Shown here piece by piece: positions 1 through 11,837 of a DNA stretch of 64,000 bases. Under the pieces are notes generated by a model. The model was not told the DNA's origin. It saw nothing but the letters and a program-made list of their open reading frames with translations, and ran no database searches. The stretch is taken from the NCBI GenBank assembly GCA_900617105.1, contig UYFQ01000723.1:124001-188000 (forward strand), given 5' to 3'. The position numbers and the translations under genes are program-made. Origin of the DNA: Hydrurus foetidus (Eukaryota). Position 1 is the stretch's first letter. Each line of letters starts with the position of its first letter.

Positions 1-931
<931 letters not shown>

Positions 932-1040
932 TTATAATGATTGTTATGATTTAAACTATTGCTGATGAAAAAATATTTTCAACTTGAAGCAACCATTTTA
1001 TTTAGTTTTACGACTATAATATTGAAACTAAACTGGTTTT

Positions 1041-2720
1041 ATGAAAAACGCTTCAGCTTACTGCTTCTTATCGTAATATCCCTATCAATAAATAGTTGCA
1101 AAAGCACGAAACCATCACAACACCAGACCCTGTTGTACTATATGATGCAGGCACAACAATAACTACAGCCGTTGCGGGTAAAGTAACAGATCAAACTGGT
1201 GCAGTATTAAATGGTGTTCAAATAACCATTGGCAGTAGCACTACTATTACAGACGTTGGTGGCAATTTTATAATACCACAGACTAGCGTTAACCAAAAGT
1301 AGGATTGATTAAAGCCACTAAAGCTGGCTATTTTGCAGGTAGTAGAACCATTATTGCACAAGAAAAGTAATTAACAATATAACTATACAACTAGTAAAGA
1401 AAACCGAAACTGGCAGTTTTATCAATGCAACTGGTGGCACAGTAAATACTGCAACAGGAGCAAGTATTGTATTTGGTGCAAGTGCAGTGGCAGCAAAAAT
1501 GGTGCAGCCTATACTGGCACAGTTAAAGTGAGTGCATATTTTTAGACCCAACAAGTACCAATTGTTTTAAAGAAATGCCTGAGATTTCACGTAGCATTAA
1601 CACCAGCAATAACGAACAAGTTTTAACAAGTTATGGAATGATGGCAGTAGAGTTGCAAGGCAGTAATGGCGAGGCTTTACAAATAGCTACAGGCAAAACA
1701 GCAACACTAACATTCCCTATTGCAACAAGCATACAAGCAAATGCACCTGCAACCATACCTCTTTGGTTTTGATGAAACAAAAGGGATGTGGGTAGAGCAA
1801 GGTTCTGCTACTAAAACTGGTAATACTTATGTTGGCAGTGTTAGCCATTTTACTTGGTGGAATTGTGATTATGGCGGAGCATTTATTAATTACAAAATAA
1901 AATTTGTAGGATTTCATTTTTTCCTATCTCTAATGCTTTGGTTACTTTAACAAGAAAGGCAACCGGGGGTAGTGGAGTTCGAGTTCAAGTGGTATTACTG
2001 CAAGTGATGGCAGTATAAATGGAAAAATTCCATACAATGAAGCATTAGAAATGAAAGTTTATGCAAGCCCGTTGTGCTTGAATAATGCTCCTATATACAC
2101 TGCAACAATTGGCCCTTTTACACAGGATGCAGATGGTGGTGTAATAACGATTATCCAAAATGCAAACATATATACAGCATATATAAGTGGAACAGTAGTT
2201 AATTGCAAGAACAACCCTGTAAAAATGGATATGCTATTATTACTATAGGCAACGATAAATACTACGAAAACATTGTAAATGGCACAATTAATAAATCAAT
2301 TGCCGGTTGCAATAGTGCTGTAACTGGTGTTGCTGATATAGAGGTTTTCGATATGGATAGTTTGAAGAAAAATGCAACACCCATTACCGTTAATATTACT
2401 GGCATAGGAAATTATAATATTGGGCAGGTGGTAGCTTGTAATGTGGCAGCATTTATAAAGTATACTGCCGTTTTTGTTAATCAATCTGGAACAATTCTTT
2501 ACAACATAAATTATTGCTGCAAGATACGTGGTCAACCTTTGATATATAGCTTTCAAAATGGAAGAGTTGATTTCATTGTTGCAGTTAATAAATCATTTAC
2601 TATTGATATACAAATTAAGTACAAATTCACTTTGTGCATCAATGCAAACCGGTCCATTTAATTCTGATTTTGATGCAGGCACAGTACAATTTCAAATCCC
2701 TTAGTAATAGTTAAAGATGA
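1041..2720 (+). CDS. Secreted lipoprotein with carboxypeptidase-regulatory-like/Ig-like domains
   Basis: Signal peptide ending SINSC; GKVTDQTG..NGVQITIG..TTITDVGGNF; SYGMMAVEL; W.FDETKGMWVEQG; VSHFTWWNCD; several frameshifts; 3' end approximate. Confidence 0.75.
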
Positions 2721-2803
2721 TTGAAAAATAATTTACTCTTTTAGTATCAAACTCAACCAATAAATTTTAACATTTCATTTCGATCTTCATTCAAATAAAT
2801 ATT

Positions 2804-2811
2804 TATTTTTG
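2804..2811 (+). promoter_or_regulatory. Candidate Bacteroidota -7 promoter element upstream of the repeat array
   Basis: TATTTTTG matches TAnnTTTG; the AT-rich context makes this weak. Confidence 0.3.
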
Positions 2812-2843
2812 GTTTAGATTAGTTCATTGATTAACAGCTAAAT

Positions 2844-3025
2844 AAACCAAGCTAAGTAGGATGCCTACTTTAAAGCAGATTGTGAAAACATTACCAAGTA
2901 GGCAGCGTACTTAGTAATGGAATTAAAAATATAGCAGGTAGGATTCCTACCTATCAATAGAACAAAACCAATAACAAGTAGGAGCCTACCTCTATACAGA
3001 AAGTAAAACATTAGCAAGTAGGATT
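2844..3025. repeat. Array of 5 palindromic units (ARGTAGG-N3-CCTACYT) at ~40-42-bp period
   Basis: Cores start at 2854, 2896, 2936, 2976 and 3016 (last is a half unit); each is preceded by an A-tract; the intervening sequences differ. Confidence 0.9.
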
Positions 3026-3081
3026 TTTTTGAGCATTATTTTTAAGAACGTGTCTTTTTTAACAAACTAAATATACATTTT

Positions 3082-3785
3082 ATGAAAGTAAGAAAACTGT
3101 TTAGCCCAAAAGATGGCGAAACTCCCGCAGGTGGAACACCTGTCTCAGAACCTATCTCAACAGGTAATTTCCTAAGAAAGATGCAGATTTTTAACCCTTG
3201 CAAAAGCCGCAGATACAAAATGGGCTGCTACCCTGCTCTCACCTTGCTTTGGGTTGACGAACCAACATTTGAAACTTGGGTAACTAGCTACGATACTGGG
3301 CTTGCTGCAAGATTGGCTGTTGGCAGCAATCGTCCTTCGCAAACACAAACTTTAGCACAGGTAAATAAATCTATTGATACTGCTGTAAAGATGTGAAAGT
3401 ATATATTGAAAAGAAATTTAAAAAGCCAATGCAGCTGCACAGTTTAGCAGATATGGTATTGTGCAGGAAAACAAATCGTATAATCTGCCAAAAGATAATG
3501 ATAAACGAAAATGGCTCTTACCTTGATGAAAGATGCTATTGCTGCTGATGGTTTTGAGCAGAAGAATTTGGCACAGCCTTTTGACAAGCACTATTGCAAG
3601 TTTTAATACAGCACTAAAACAACAACAGACACAGCAAAAGCATCAGTAATAAAGTAGCGAGTAAAGATTTGGATAGAGAAAATTCATAAAGTATTAGTTG
3701 CAATTACGCTTTTAATACAAGCAAATTATCCCGATACTTATAAGCAAGTATTAAGAGAGTGGGGCTTTTAAAACAAAATTATTAA
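3082..3785 (+). CDS. Hypothetical protein (~235 aa, probably helical), downstream of the palindrome array
   Basis: Reconstructed across frameshifts: MKVRKLFSPKDGETPAGG...LTLLWVDEPTFETWVTSYD...RPSQTQTL...ANYPDTYKQVLREWGF.KQNY*. Confidence 0.75.
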
Positions 3786-3820
3786 ATCGGTTAGGGATGG
3801 TTTACTTTCTGGCATAACAT

Positions 3821-3852
3821 ACCTCTGCTTCATTCTTGGGGCGGAGGTTTTT
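3821..3852 (+). terminator. Rho-independent terminator
   Basis: ACCTCTGCTTCA..TGGGGCGGAGGT stem followed by a T-run. Confidence 0.8.
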
Positions 3853-3904
3853 ATTGCATTGATATTGAGCTGCGGATTTTTACTGTTAAATTTGCTGCAT
3901 CGAA

Positions 3905-5457
3905 ATGAAAATCTCTAACAAACAACTTTACACTTTTTAATAGCTGTTGCTATCATTAAAATTATTTGTTCCTTCTTTGTAGAATTAGGTAATGATGAGT
4001 CTTACTATTATACTTACGCACTGAAGCCTCAACTTAATTATTTTGATCATCCACCAATGGTTGGTGTTTTAATTAGGTTATCTACTTTTAATTTATTATT
4101 TGTTAATGATGCTTTGCTGAGATTAGGACCAACAATTTGTTGCATTGTATCTTCTGTTTTCATTTTTAAAATTGGCAGATTATTATACAATGATGCTGTT
4201 GGATGGTATGCAATGTTGCTATATAATTTTTCAATTTATACAAGCATTATTGCAGGTTGGTTTATAATGCCCGATAGTCCTCAAATGCCTTTCTGGTGTG
4301 GAGCTTTATACATTATGTGTAAACTTATTTTTGATAATAAAGATAAAAAATATGGCTATGGATTTTACTTGGAGGTTTAATAGGATTGGCTGCATTAAGT
4401 AAGATTCACGCTTTGTATTTATGGGGGCTTTGGCTTATTTATTCTTTTTATAGAACAAAATGGTTGTTGAACTGGAGAATGTATATTGGATTTATTGTAA
4501 CATTGATTTGTTTATTACCTATTCTCATTTGGAACATTGATAATAAGTTTATTACCTATACTTTTCACGCTGCAAGGGTTACCAATAAAGAGATTCATTT
4601 TGATTCATTGTTAAGAGAAATTATTGGCGAAGCATTGTATCAAAACCTTGTTGTTTTTGTTTTGATAATTGTTGCATTGATAAGTCTAAAGTTAAAAGGC
4701 AAAACTCAAAACGAAAACAAGAAATAAGAAACGAAAAACAATGGCTTTTGTTAATGTCGCTTCCAATGATTTTACTATTTTGGTATATCAGTTTAAAGAA
4801 TGACATATTCCCTCATTGGAGTGGCCCTGCTTACATTCCATTATTTATTATTGCTGGCGTTTATCTTTCTAAAAAGAAAATTGTATTGTATCCAGTTTGG
4901 GTTAAAATAGCTGGAACACTTGTCTTTATTGCATTTGTAGGAATTACACTATTGGCAAATTTTGCACCATTTAATATTGGCAGCCAAAACAAGGAGAACT
5001 TTGGAGAATACTGCCCCACACTTGACATTAGTGGATGGAAGAACTTTAGCAACGATTTTGACAAATTTGTTAAACAAGATTTTTCTGCTAATAAAATGAA
5101 ATCAAATTCAAGCATCATCATCAATCAATGGTTTCCTGGTTGTCAGTTAGAATTATATACTTCAAGAAAACCGGATTGCCAATTTATGCCATTGGTTCTT
5201 TAGAAAATATTCATCATTTTGCCTGGCTTAATCAAGAAAGAAAAGCCCGAAACTTGGTGATGATGCATATTGTATTGTTCCATCAAACAATCCTCTTGAT
5301 GTTGAAAAAATTACAATAACTATTTTACAACTATTGAAAAACCGATACTATTAATCAAATGAGAAGTAATACAATGGTTCGCTACTTTGTATTTGGAGAT
5401 TAAAGAACTGCAAAAGAACACGAAGATGTTTTGCAAAAAGCATTTTTAACAAAATGA
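3905..5457 (+). CDS. Glycosyltransferase family 39 / ArnT-like membrane protein
   Basis: ELGNDESYY, YFDHPPMVG, IMPDSPQ, LSKIHA, PHWSGPAY; many TM segments. Confidence 0.88.
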
Positions 5458-5510
5458 TTAGAAACACTTTGAACTTTTATAATTTTATTTGACAAACAAA
5501 ACACTACAAT

Positions 5511-6201
5511 ATGCAAGAAAAATAAAAAGACATCGCATTCTACTTTGCGAAGACGACAGTAATTTAGGAATGGTTTTAAAGAATTTTTTAGAACTAAGTG
5601 ATTATGATGTTGTTTTTAGAAAGAGATGGCAGAGCTGGCTTAACCACTTTTAAAAAGAACCATTTGATATTTGCTTATTAGATGTTATGATGCCAAAGTT
5701 GATGGATTCAAACTTGCTGAGGAGATTAGAGAACTAGACCCAGAGGTACCTCTTTTTCTTTTGAGTGCTAAAACAATGAAAGATGATATTATTCAAGGTT
5801 ATAAATTAGGTGCAGACGATTACATTACAAAACCTTTGATAGCGAGTTATTGCTACTAAAAATAAAAGCAATTATCAAGCGTAGTGATGATCAAAGTATT
5901 GTAAATAGCAATACAGAATACGAGTTGGGTAAATATCACTACAATCCTAAAATAAGAGAACTGAAATTTGGTGATACTTCAGAAGTTTTATCTCCAAAGA
6001 AGGAGCTTTATTAAGATTGCTTTATGAGAATTTGAATAATTTATTGCCAAGAGAAGCACTAAAAAGTTTGGGAAGCGATACTTACTTCAATGGCAGAAGT
6101 ATGGATGTTTACATTGCTAAACTTAGAAAGTTTTGAAAGATGATGAAAGTATTGAATTACTTAATGTTCATGGTAATGGATTTAGATTAATGGTTCCTTA
6201 G
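5511..6201 (+). CDS. OmpR-family response regulator (RprY-like), no adjacent kinase
   Basis: ILLCEDD, LDVMMP, LSAK, GADDYITKPF, GRSMDVYIAKLRK, NVHGNGFRL. Confidence 0.92.
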
Positions 6202-6220
6202 TTTTACATACAACTATTCA

Positions 6221-6255
6221 AAAGGGCAGTTTGATAAAATATCAAACTGCCCTTT
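6221..6255. terminator. Bidirectional terminator between convergent genes
   Basis: Perfect 15-bp stem AAAGGGCAGTTTGAT/ATCAAACTGCCCTTT. Confidence 0.85.
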
Positions 6256-6655
6256 ATTTGATGGAACATACATCATCAATCAAAAATCTTCCATATTTCT
6301 TCTTTGTTTTTATCTGGTCTTCCAGTTTTGCTAAGCCTTTTCCTGTATGAAAGATGATGTTGGTATAAATGTATTTTTCATCTTTTTCTTCAATAGGTGT
6401 AATATCTTGATAGCAATTAATTGCTTCGGAATATTGAACTCTGTTATGTATTAATGCAACTACTTTTATAACCCATTTTCTGGCTTCTGTTCTAATTTGA
6501 TATACATCTCCAATATTAACAGTTTTGGAAGCTTTTACACTAACCTCATTAACCTTAACTCTACCTTTGTCAAGCTTCTGCTGCTATACCTTTTTTAAAA
6601 TACGAATACACCACAAGTATTTATCAATTCTAAGTTTATCGTTTTCTTTTGCCAT
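6254..6655 (-). CDS. hslR: Ribosome-associated heat shock protein Hsp15 (S4 domain)
   Basis: Minus strand: MAKENDKLRIDKYLWCIRIFK...GRVKVN...KASKTVNIGD...GRPDKKQR. Confidence 0.88.
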
Positions 6656-6664
6656 ATCACTTCT

Positions 6665-7436
6665 TTATTTTAAAATAAATTCATCTGCATCTTTCCAAAA
6701 TGGAAACTTATTTCTTATTTCCTCAAAGCATTTTTTGTAAAGTAATTGTAAAATATCTTCATCAATTTGTTTATGATACATAATTTCACCAAGAGGGCTA
6801 ATCACCATACTATCGCCACTGTGTTCAATATCATTTCCATCATTACCCACACGATTTACAGCTACAACATAGCATTGATTTTCTATGGCTCTAGCCACAA
6901 GCAAAGACTTCCAGGCATAGCTTCTTCTTGTAGGCCAATTAGCAACATAAAGCAACACATCAAACAATTCCTCTGCATTTGACTGTCTAGCCCAAACAGG
7001 AAAACGTAAGTCATAACATATTTGTAAATTTATTTTCCAGCCATTTACTTGAGCAATTTTCTTTTCCTTACCTGCTGTGTAATGCTTGTCTTCTCCACCA
7101 AAAGCAAAGCAATGTCTTTTATCATAATACCCAAATTGTCCATTTGGTAACATCCATATTAAACGATTAAAGTATTTACCATCTTCTTCAATCATCAAAC
7201 TTCCTGTTAAAATAATTCGCTTTTGAGCAGCAATTTTTTCATCCATTGCACAGATTCTCCTTCCATTGTTTCAGCAAACAAATGTGGTTGCATGCTAAAT
7301 CCTGTTGTAAACATTTCTGGCAGCACAACAACTTGAGTTTGCTCTTGGATATTTAAATTTTTGTTTCAAGCATTTTAAGATTTGCTTGTTTGTCCTCCCA
7401 AAAGGTTTGTTTGTATTAATGAAAAGTTAGTGACAT
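6665..7436 (-). CDS. Nitrilase-family omega-amidase (YafV-like)
   Basis: VLPEMFTTGF, YYDKRH, ICYDLRFPVWAR, ARAIENQCYV. Confidence 0.92.
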
Positions 7437-7771
7437 AATAATAGAATTTACTGCATCGCAAAATACAGCATCTAGGTTATTTTATCTTGAAATTGGTTTT
7501 TACGTGTTTAAAGAACTCACTTTTTCACTTATTGCATCACTAAAGTTATCAAATAGTTAATTTTTTGGAGGTGAATATGTTATGCACTAACATTGTGCAA
7601 TCGTTTTCATTTGAAGACGCAAAATTGTGTTCGGTTGCTTGCTTATAATAATCCCTGTATGGTTCGCCTACGGGGATTCTTTAATAAAATGAGCTTGGTT
7701 TTGCCTATTTCTCCTAAAAAATTGAATAAAAAAAATTACCCTAAGTTTGCCATCCTCTTAAACAGAACTTT

Positions 7772-8686
7772 ATAGAAAAGAACGAGAAGAAGATGTTGAA
7801 ATTAATTTAACTGGCGAAGAAACTCCATCTTCAAGTAACGATGTAAAACCTAAATGGTACAAGCGTATTCGCAAAGGAATTACAACATCTACAGCAGATA
7901 AAAAAGAAACACGAAGGACTTTGGAGCAAATGCCCAGAGTGTAATTATATTTCTACCACTACAGAATTAAGGAAGGTTTGTATGTGTGTCCAAAATGTAA
8001 TTATCATCATAGAATTGGTAGTGACGAATATTTTGATATTATCTTCGACGATAAAGAATACAAGGTATTGTTTGACAATATTAAAAGTAAAGATTTTTAA
8101 ACTTTACCGATCTGAAAAATTATCAAAAAGATTAGATGATATTCACGCTAAAACTGACTTGAAAGATTCAATGCGAGTTGGCGTGGGCAAAGCAAAGGAG
8201 AAGGTTTAGTGGTTGCTTGTATGGATTTTGAATTTATTGGCGGAAGTTTAGGAAGCGTGATGGGTGAAAAATTTAGCAGAGCTGTTGATTATTGCATTGC
8301 TCACAAATTACCATTCATCGTTATTAGTAAAAGTGGTGGAGCAAGGATGATGGAAAGTGCATTTAGTTTGATGCAACTTGCAAAAACGAGTGGTAAGCTT
8401 TCTCAACTAAGTGATGCACAACTGCCATATATTTCTATTTTAACCGACCCAACTTTTGGAGGAATATCTGCAAGTTTTGGAATGCTTGGAGATTTGAATA
8501 TTGCAGAACCTGGAGCTTTAATAGGTTTTGCTGGACCACGTGTAATTAAAGAAACTATTAAAGAGATTTACCAGAAGGGTTTCAAAGAAGCGAATTTTTA
8601 TTAGACCACGGTTTCTTAGATTTTATTATCGATAGAAAAATATGAAAGAAAAATTAGCTCAACTTGTAATGTTATTTAGAAGCTAG
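7772..8686 (+). CDS. accD: Acetyl-CoA carboxylase carboxyltransferase beta subunit
   Basis: WSKCPEC..VCPKC zinc finger, [34 protein letters not shown]; start approximate. Confidence 0.96.
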
Positions 8687-8701
8687 TTTTGGAGAAGATT
8701 T

Positions 8702-9133
8702 ATGGCAATAGAGTTTAATAATAGACAAGCTTATTTCAATTATTTTATTGATAATAAATATGATGCTGGTATAATGTTACTTGGTACTGAAGTTAAAAGT
8801 ATTCGTGAAGGAAAACTAAGTTTCAACGATGCTTTTTGTATTATTGATAGCAACGAAGTTTGGCTTCGAGGTTTATACATTGCAGAATACAAATTAGGAA
8901 CAACCAATAATCACATTGCAGTTCACGACAGAAAACTTCTTCTTCAGAAAAGGGAAATAAAAATTGCAGGCAGCTACAAAGAAAAAGGGCTTACAATAAT
9001 TCCTCTACGAGTTTTTTAAATGATAAAACTTGGTGAAGGTAGAAATTGGTGTAGCAAAGGAAAAAACTTCACGATAAAAGAGATACCATTAAACAAAGAG
9101 ATACAGAAGAGAATTAAGAAGTATTTAGGATAA
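8702..9133 (+). CDS. smpB: SsrA-binding protein
   Basis: NRQAYFNY, AGIMLLGTEVKSIREG, RKLLL, GKKLHDKR. Confidence 0.97.
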
Positions 9134-9259
9134 GCATAAAATTCACTTTACCAGCAAAAATTGTTTAAATTTGATTAGTTATCAGAGATAATGAAATAAA
9201 TCACTAATTGTTTTCGTTATTACTTTGTTCAATTATTTCAAATCAATCATTTTATCTAT

Positions 9260-9766
9260 ATGAAGCATCTATTATTGATAATTTTAACAGCTAGCTGTTT
9301 GTACGCATCTGCACAAACAACAAAACCAGTTTACAGAAAAACTGCCATCACAAAAACATCTACTGTTGATAGTGCACTTATCTATTATAACACTGGTTGG
9401 GATTATTACAAACTTGATTCTTTAGGTCCAGCAAGATATTACTGGGAAAAAGCTGCCTATTCTTATTTTGGAAAAACGTCATCAAGACAAGCTGCATTAT
9501 ACAGATTAGGTTTAATGCAACAAAATGCTGAGGGTGTTGATACAAATTTAAATATGGCTTTAGATTACTATAAAAGCTGCAACAAGTGTTAATGGCAAAT
9601 TAGGTAATGCTGATGCTATAAAAATATTGCTGCATACTATGAAAGTGGTATTGTTTATGAAAAAGTGATGCTAAAAGCACTTGAATGGTATTAAAAGCTA
9701 AACAAGCTGGTAATCAGTTTGTAGATGAAGATATCTTGAGAGTTAGAGAAAATTAAAAAGAACTAG
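9260..9766 (+). CDS. Secreted Sel1/TPR-repeat protein
   Basis: Signal peptide; ALYRLGLM..NAEGVDTNLNMALDYY; KALEWY Sel1-like repeats. Confidence 0.75.
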
Positions 9767-9789
9767 TTTAAACGATATAAAATTTTGAG

Positions 9790-9825
9790 AAGCACATTGC
9801 AGTTTAATAATTTCAATGTGCTTTT
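9790..9825 (+). terminator. Putative terminator
   Basis: AAGCACATTG/CAATGTGCTT stem followed by T's. Confidence 0.6.
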
Positions 9826-9938
9826 ATTCAGATATAATGATTATTTACCGACTATAATATGTCATTATAAAATAATCAAACACACCTTTGGTTTTATATT
9901 ATTCTCATACTTTTACTTCCTAAAATAAAAATTGCTAT

Positions 9939-10441
9939 ATGAGTTTAGGTAAAACATTTTAGCCGAAGTGCTACAAGAAGCTGCTAGTACAAGAAAATTA
10001 TTAGCTGTGATTCCATTTGATAAAGCCGATTTTAAACCTCACGAAAAATCAATGAGTTTAAAACGTCTAGCAACACACGTTACAGAAATTACTGGTTGGT
10101 GGAAAGAGTGTTTAATTCAAGATGAATTAGATTTTTCTGTGGGTGATTACAAGCCAAAAGAATTAAATTCTACTGATGATTTATTAGCTATGCACGACGA
10201 TTTAGTTGAAAAAAGCAACAAAATTTTGAGTGAAGTTTCTGACGAAGAGTTTGCAAAACCTTGGACAATGCGTAATGGAGAACAAATTTATTTTACAATG
10301 CCAAAAGTAGCAGTAGTGCGTACTTGGTGTTTAAATCACTTATTTCATCATCGTGGTCAGTTAACAGTTTATTTACGTTTGCTAGATGTAAAACTTCCTG
10401 GAATGTATGGCCCAACAGCAGATGATAGCCAAGGAATGTAA
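9939..10441 (+). CDS. DinB-family protein
   Basis: KPHEKSMSL..LATH, NHLFHHRGQLTVYLRLLD..LPGMYGP. Confidence 0.92.
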
Positions 10442-10459
10442 TTTGTTTTGTACATAATG

Positions 10460-10493
10460 AAAGAGCCGAAGTTTAACAACTTCGGCTCTTTTT
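10460..10493. terminator. Bidirectional terminator
   Basis: AAAGAGCCGAAGTT/AACTTCGGCTCTTT. Confidence 0.85.
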
Positions 10494-10495
10494 AT

Positions 10496-11610
10496 TTAAT
10501 AATCCACTACTTGCTCTTGAATATTCACAGGTAATTCTCTCCATTCATATTGTTGCGTTCTTAATTGTGGTTCAAATCCTGCTTGTAATAGCTTCTTGAA
10601 TGCTTTTATAAGTAAATCGATGAGGAGCTCCTGCAGCACTAACAACGTTTTCTTCCAGCATAATACTACCAAAATCATTAGCTCCACTATGCAAACAAAT
10701 TTGTGCAGTTTCTTTACCAACAGTTAACCAACTTGCTTGAATATTTTTAATATTAGGTAGCATAATTCTGCTAATGGCAATCATTCTAATATACTCATCG
10801 GTGTAGTTAAATTTTGTACACCACGAATACGTGTAAGCAATGTATCAACATCTTGAAAAGTCCAAGGAATAAAGGCTGAAAGCCCTTTGCATCTGCTGGT
10901 TTCTTGGCTTGTATTTCTCTTATCTTAACCAGATGAATAAACCTTTCTTCCAAAGTTTCAACGTGCCCAAACATCATTGTTGCACTAGTTGTAATATTTA
11001 AATTATGGCATTGATGCATAATTTCTAACCACTCGTCTGCACCACATTTTCCTTTGCTGATAAGCCTTCTCACTCTATCAATTAAAATTTCTGCACCAGC
11101 ACCAGGCAAAGAATCCATACCAGCTTCTTTCAAAGCTTTCAATACTTCCAATGTGTGTAGATTTTCTAGCTTAGTGATGTGTGCAATTTCTGGTGGCCCA
11201 AGTGTGTGAAGTTTTATGCTAGGATATTCTGCTTTAATTTGCTTAAAAGTATCTACATAAAATTTCAATCCAAGTTCTGGATGATGCCCACCTTGAAGCA
11301 ACAATTGATCCCCACCCCAAGCAATGGTTTTCTTCAATCTTTTTCTATAGGTTGGCATATCTGTAATGTAAGCATCGGATGCCCAGAATACGAAAGAAAT
11401 TACAGAATTTGCAATTGGCAATACACACATTTGTAGTGTTTACATTTCTATCAATTTGCTGTTACTTTGCCGTGAGGCACTTGTATTTTACGCAATTCAT
11501 CTGCTACATACATTAATTCTGTAAGGGTGCATTATTAAACAAAAACATTCCTTCTTCAACAGAAAGAAATTCGAAGTCAAGAGCTTTTTATATAATGAAG
11601 ATAGATTCAT
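10496..11610 (-). CDS. mqnC: Cyclic dehypoxanthine futalosine synthase (radical SAM)
   Basis: IDRNVN.TNVCIANCKFC-type CxxxCxxC (frameshifted), LLQGGHHP, SLPGAGAEIL, TMMFGHVE, GANDFGSIMLEENVVSAAG. Confidence 0.88.
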
Positions 11611-11788
11611 TTAAATAGTTTATGGTTTAAAGTTTAAGGTTCAAGGTTATTTGAACTATTTACATATAACTTTTATTGGGTGCAAAGGAACAAAGGATAA
11701 TAAGATTGCAAAGATTTTTTGCTTTAAATATTGCTAATAAAGAAATAAAACTATTTAGTATTCCTATTAGAGTCTCATAAAATAAAAC

Positions 11789-11826
11789 ATAAACGTCCAA
11801 AGTTCGTTGAAACTTTGGACGTTTAT
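11789..11826 (-). terminator. Terminator
   Basis: ATAAACGTCCAAAGTT/AACTTTGGACGTTTAT. Confidence 0.8.
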
Positions 11827-11837
11827 CAAGTTCATTA

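Noticed and set aside
2844..3025. Canonical CRISPR array
   Set aside because: The conserved core is only ~17 bp and degenerate, the period (~41 bp) is too short, and there are no cas genes in the window; kept as a non-canonical array.
6525..6982. Plus-strand ORFs 6525-6740 and 6767-6982, and many similar antisense ORFs in the track
   Set aside because: Shadow ORFs opposite well-supported genes, with no motifs.
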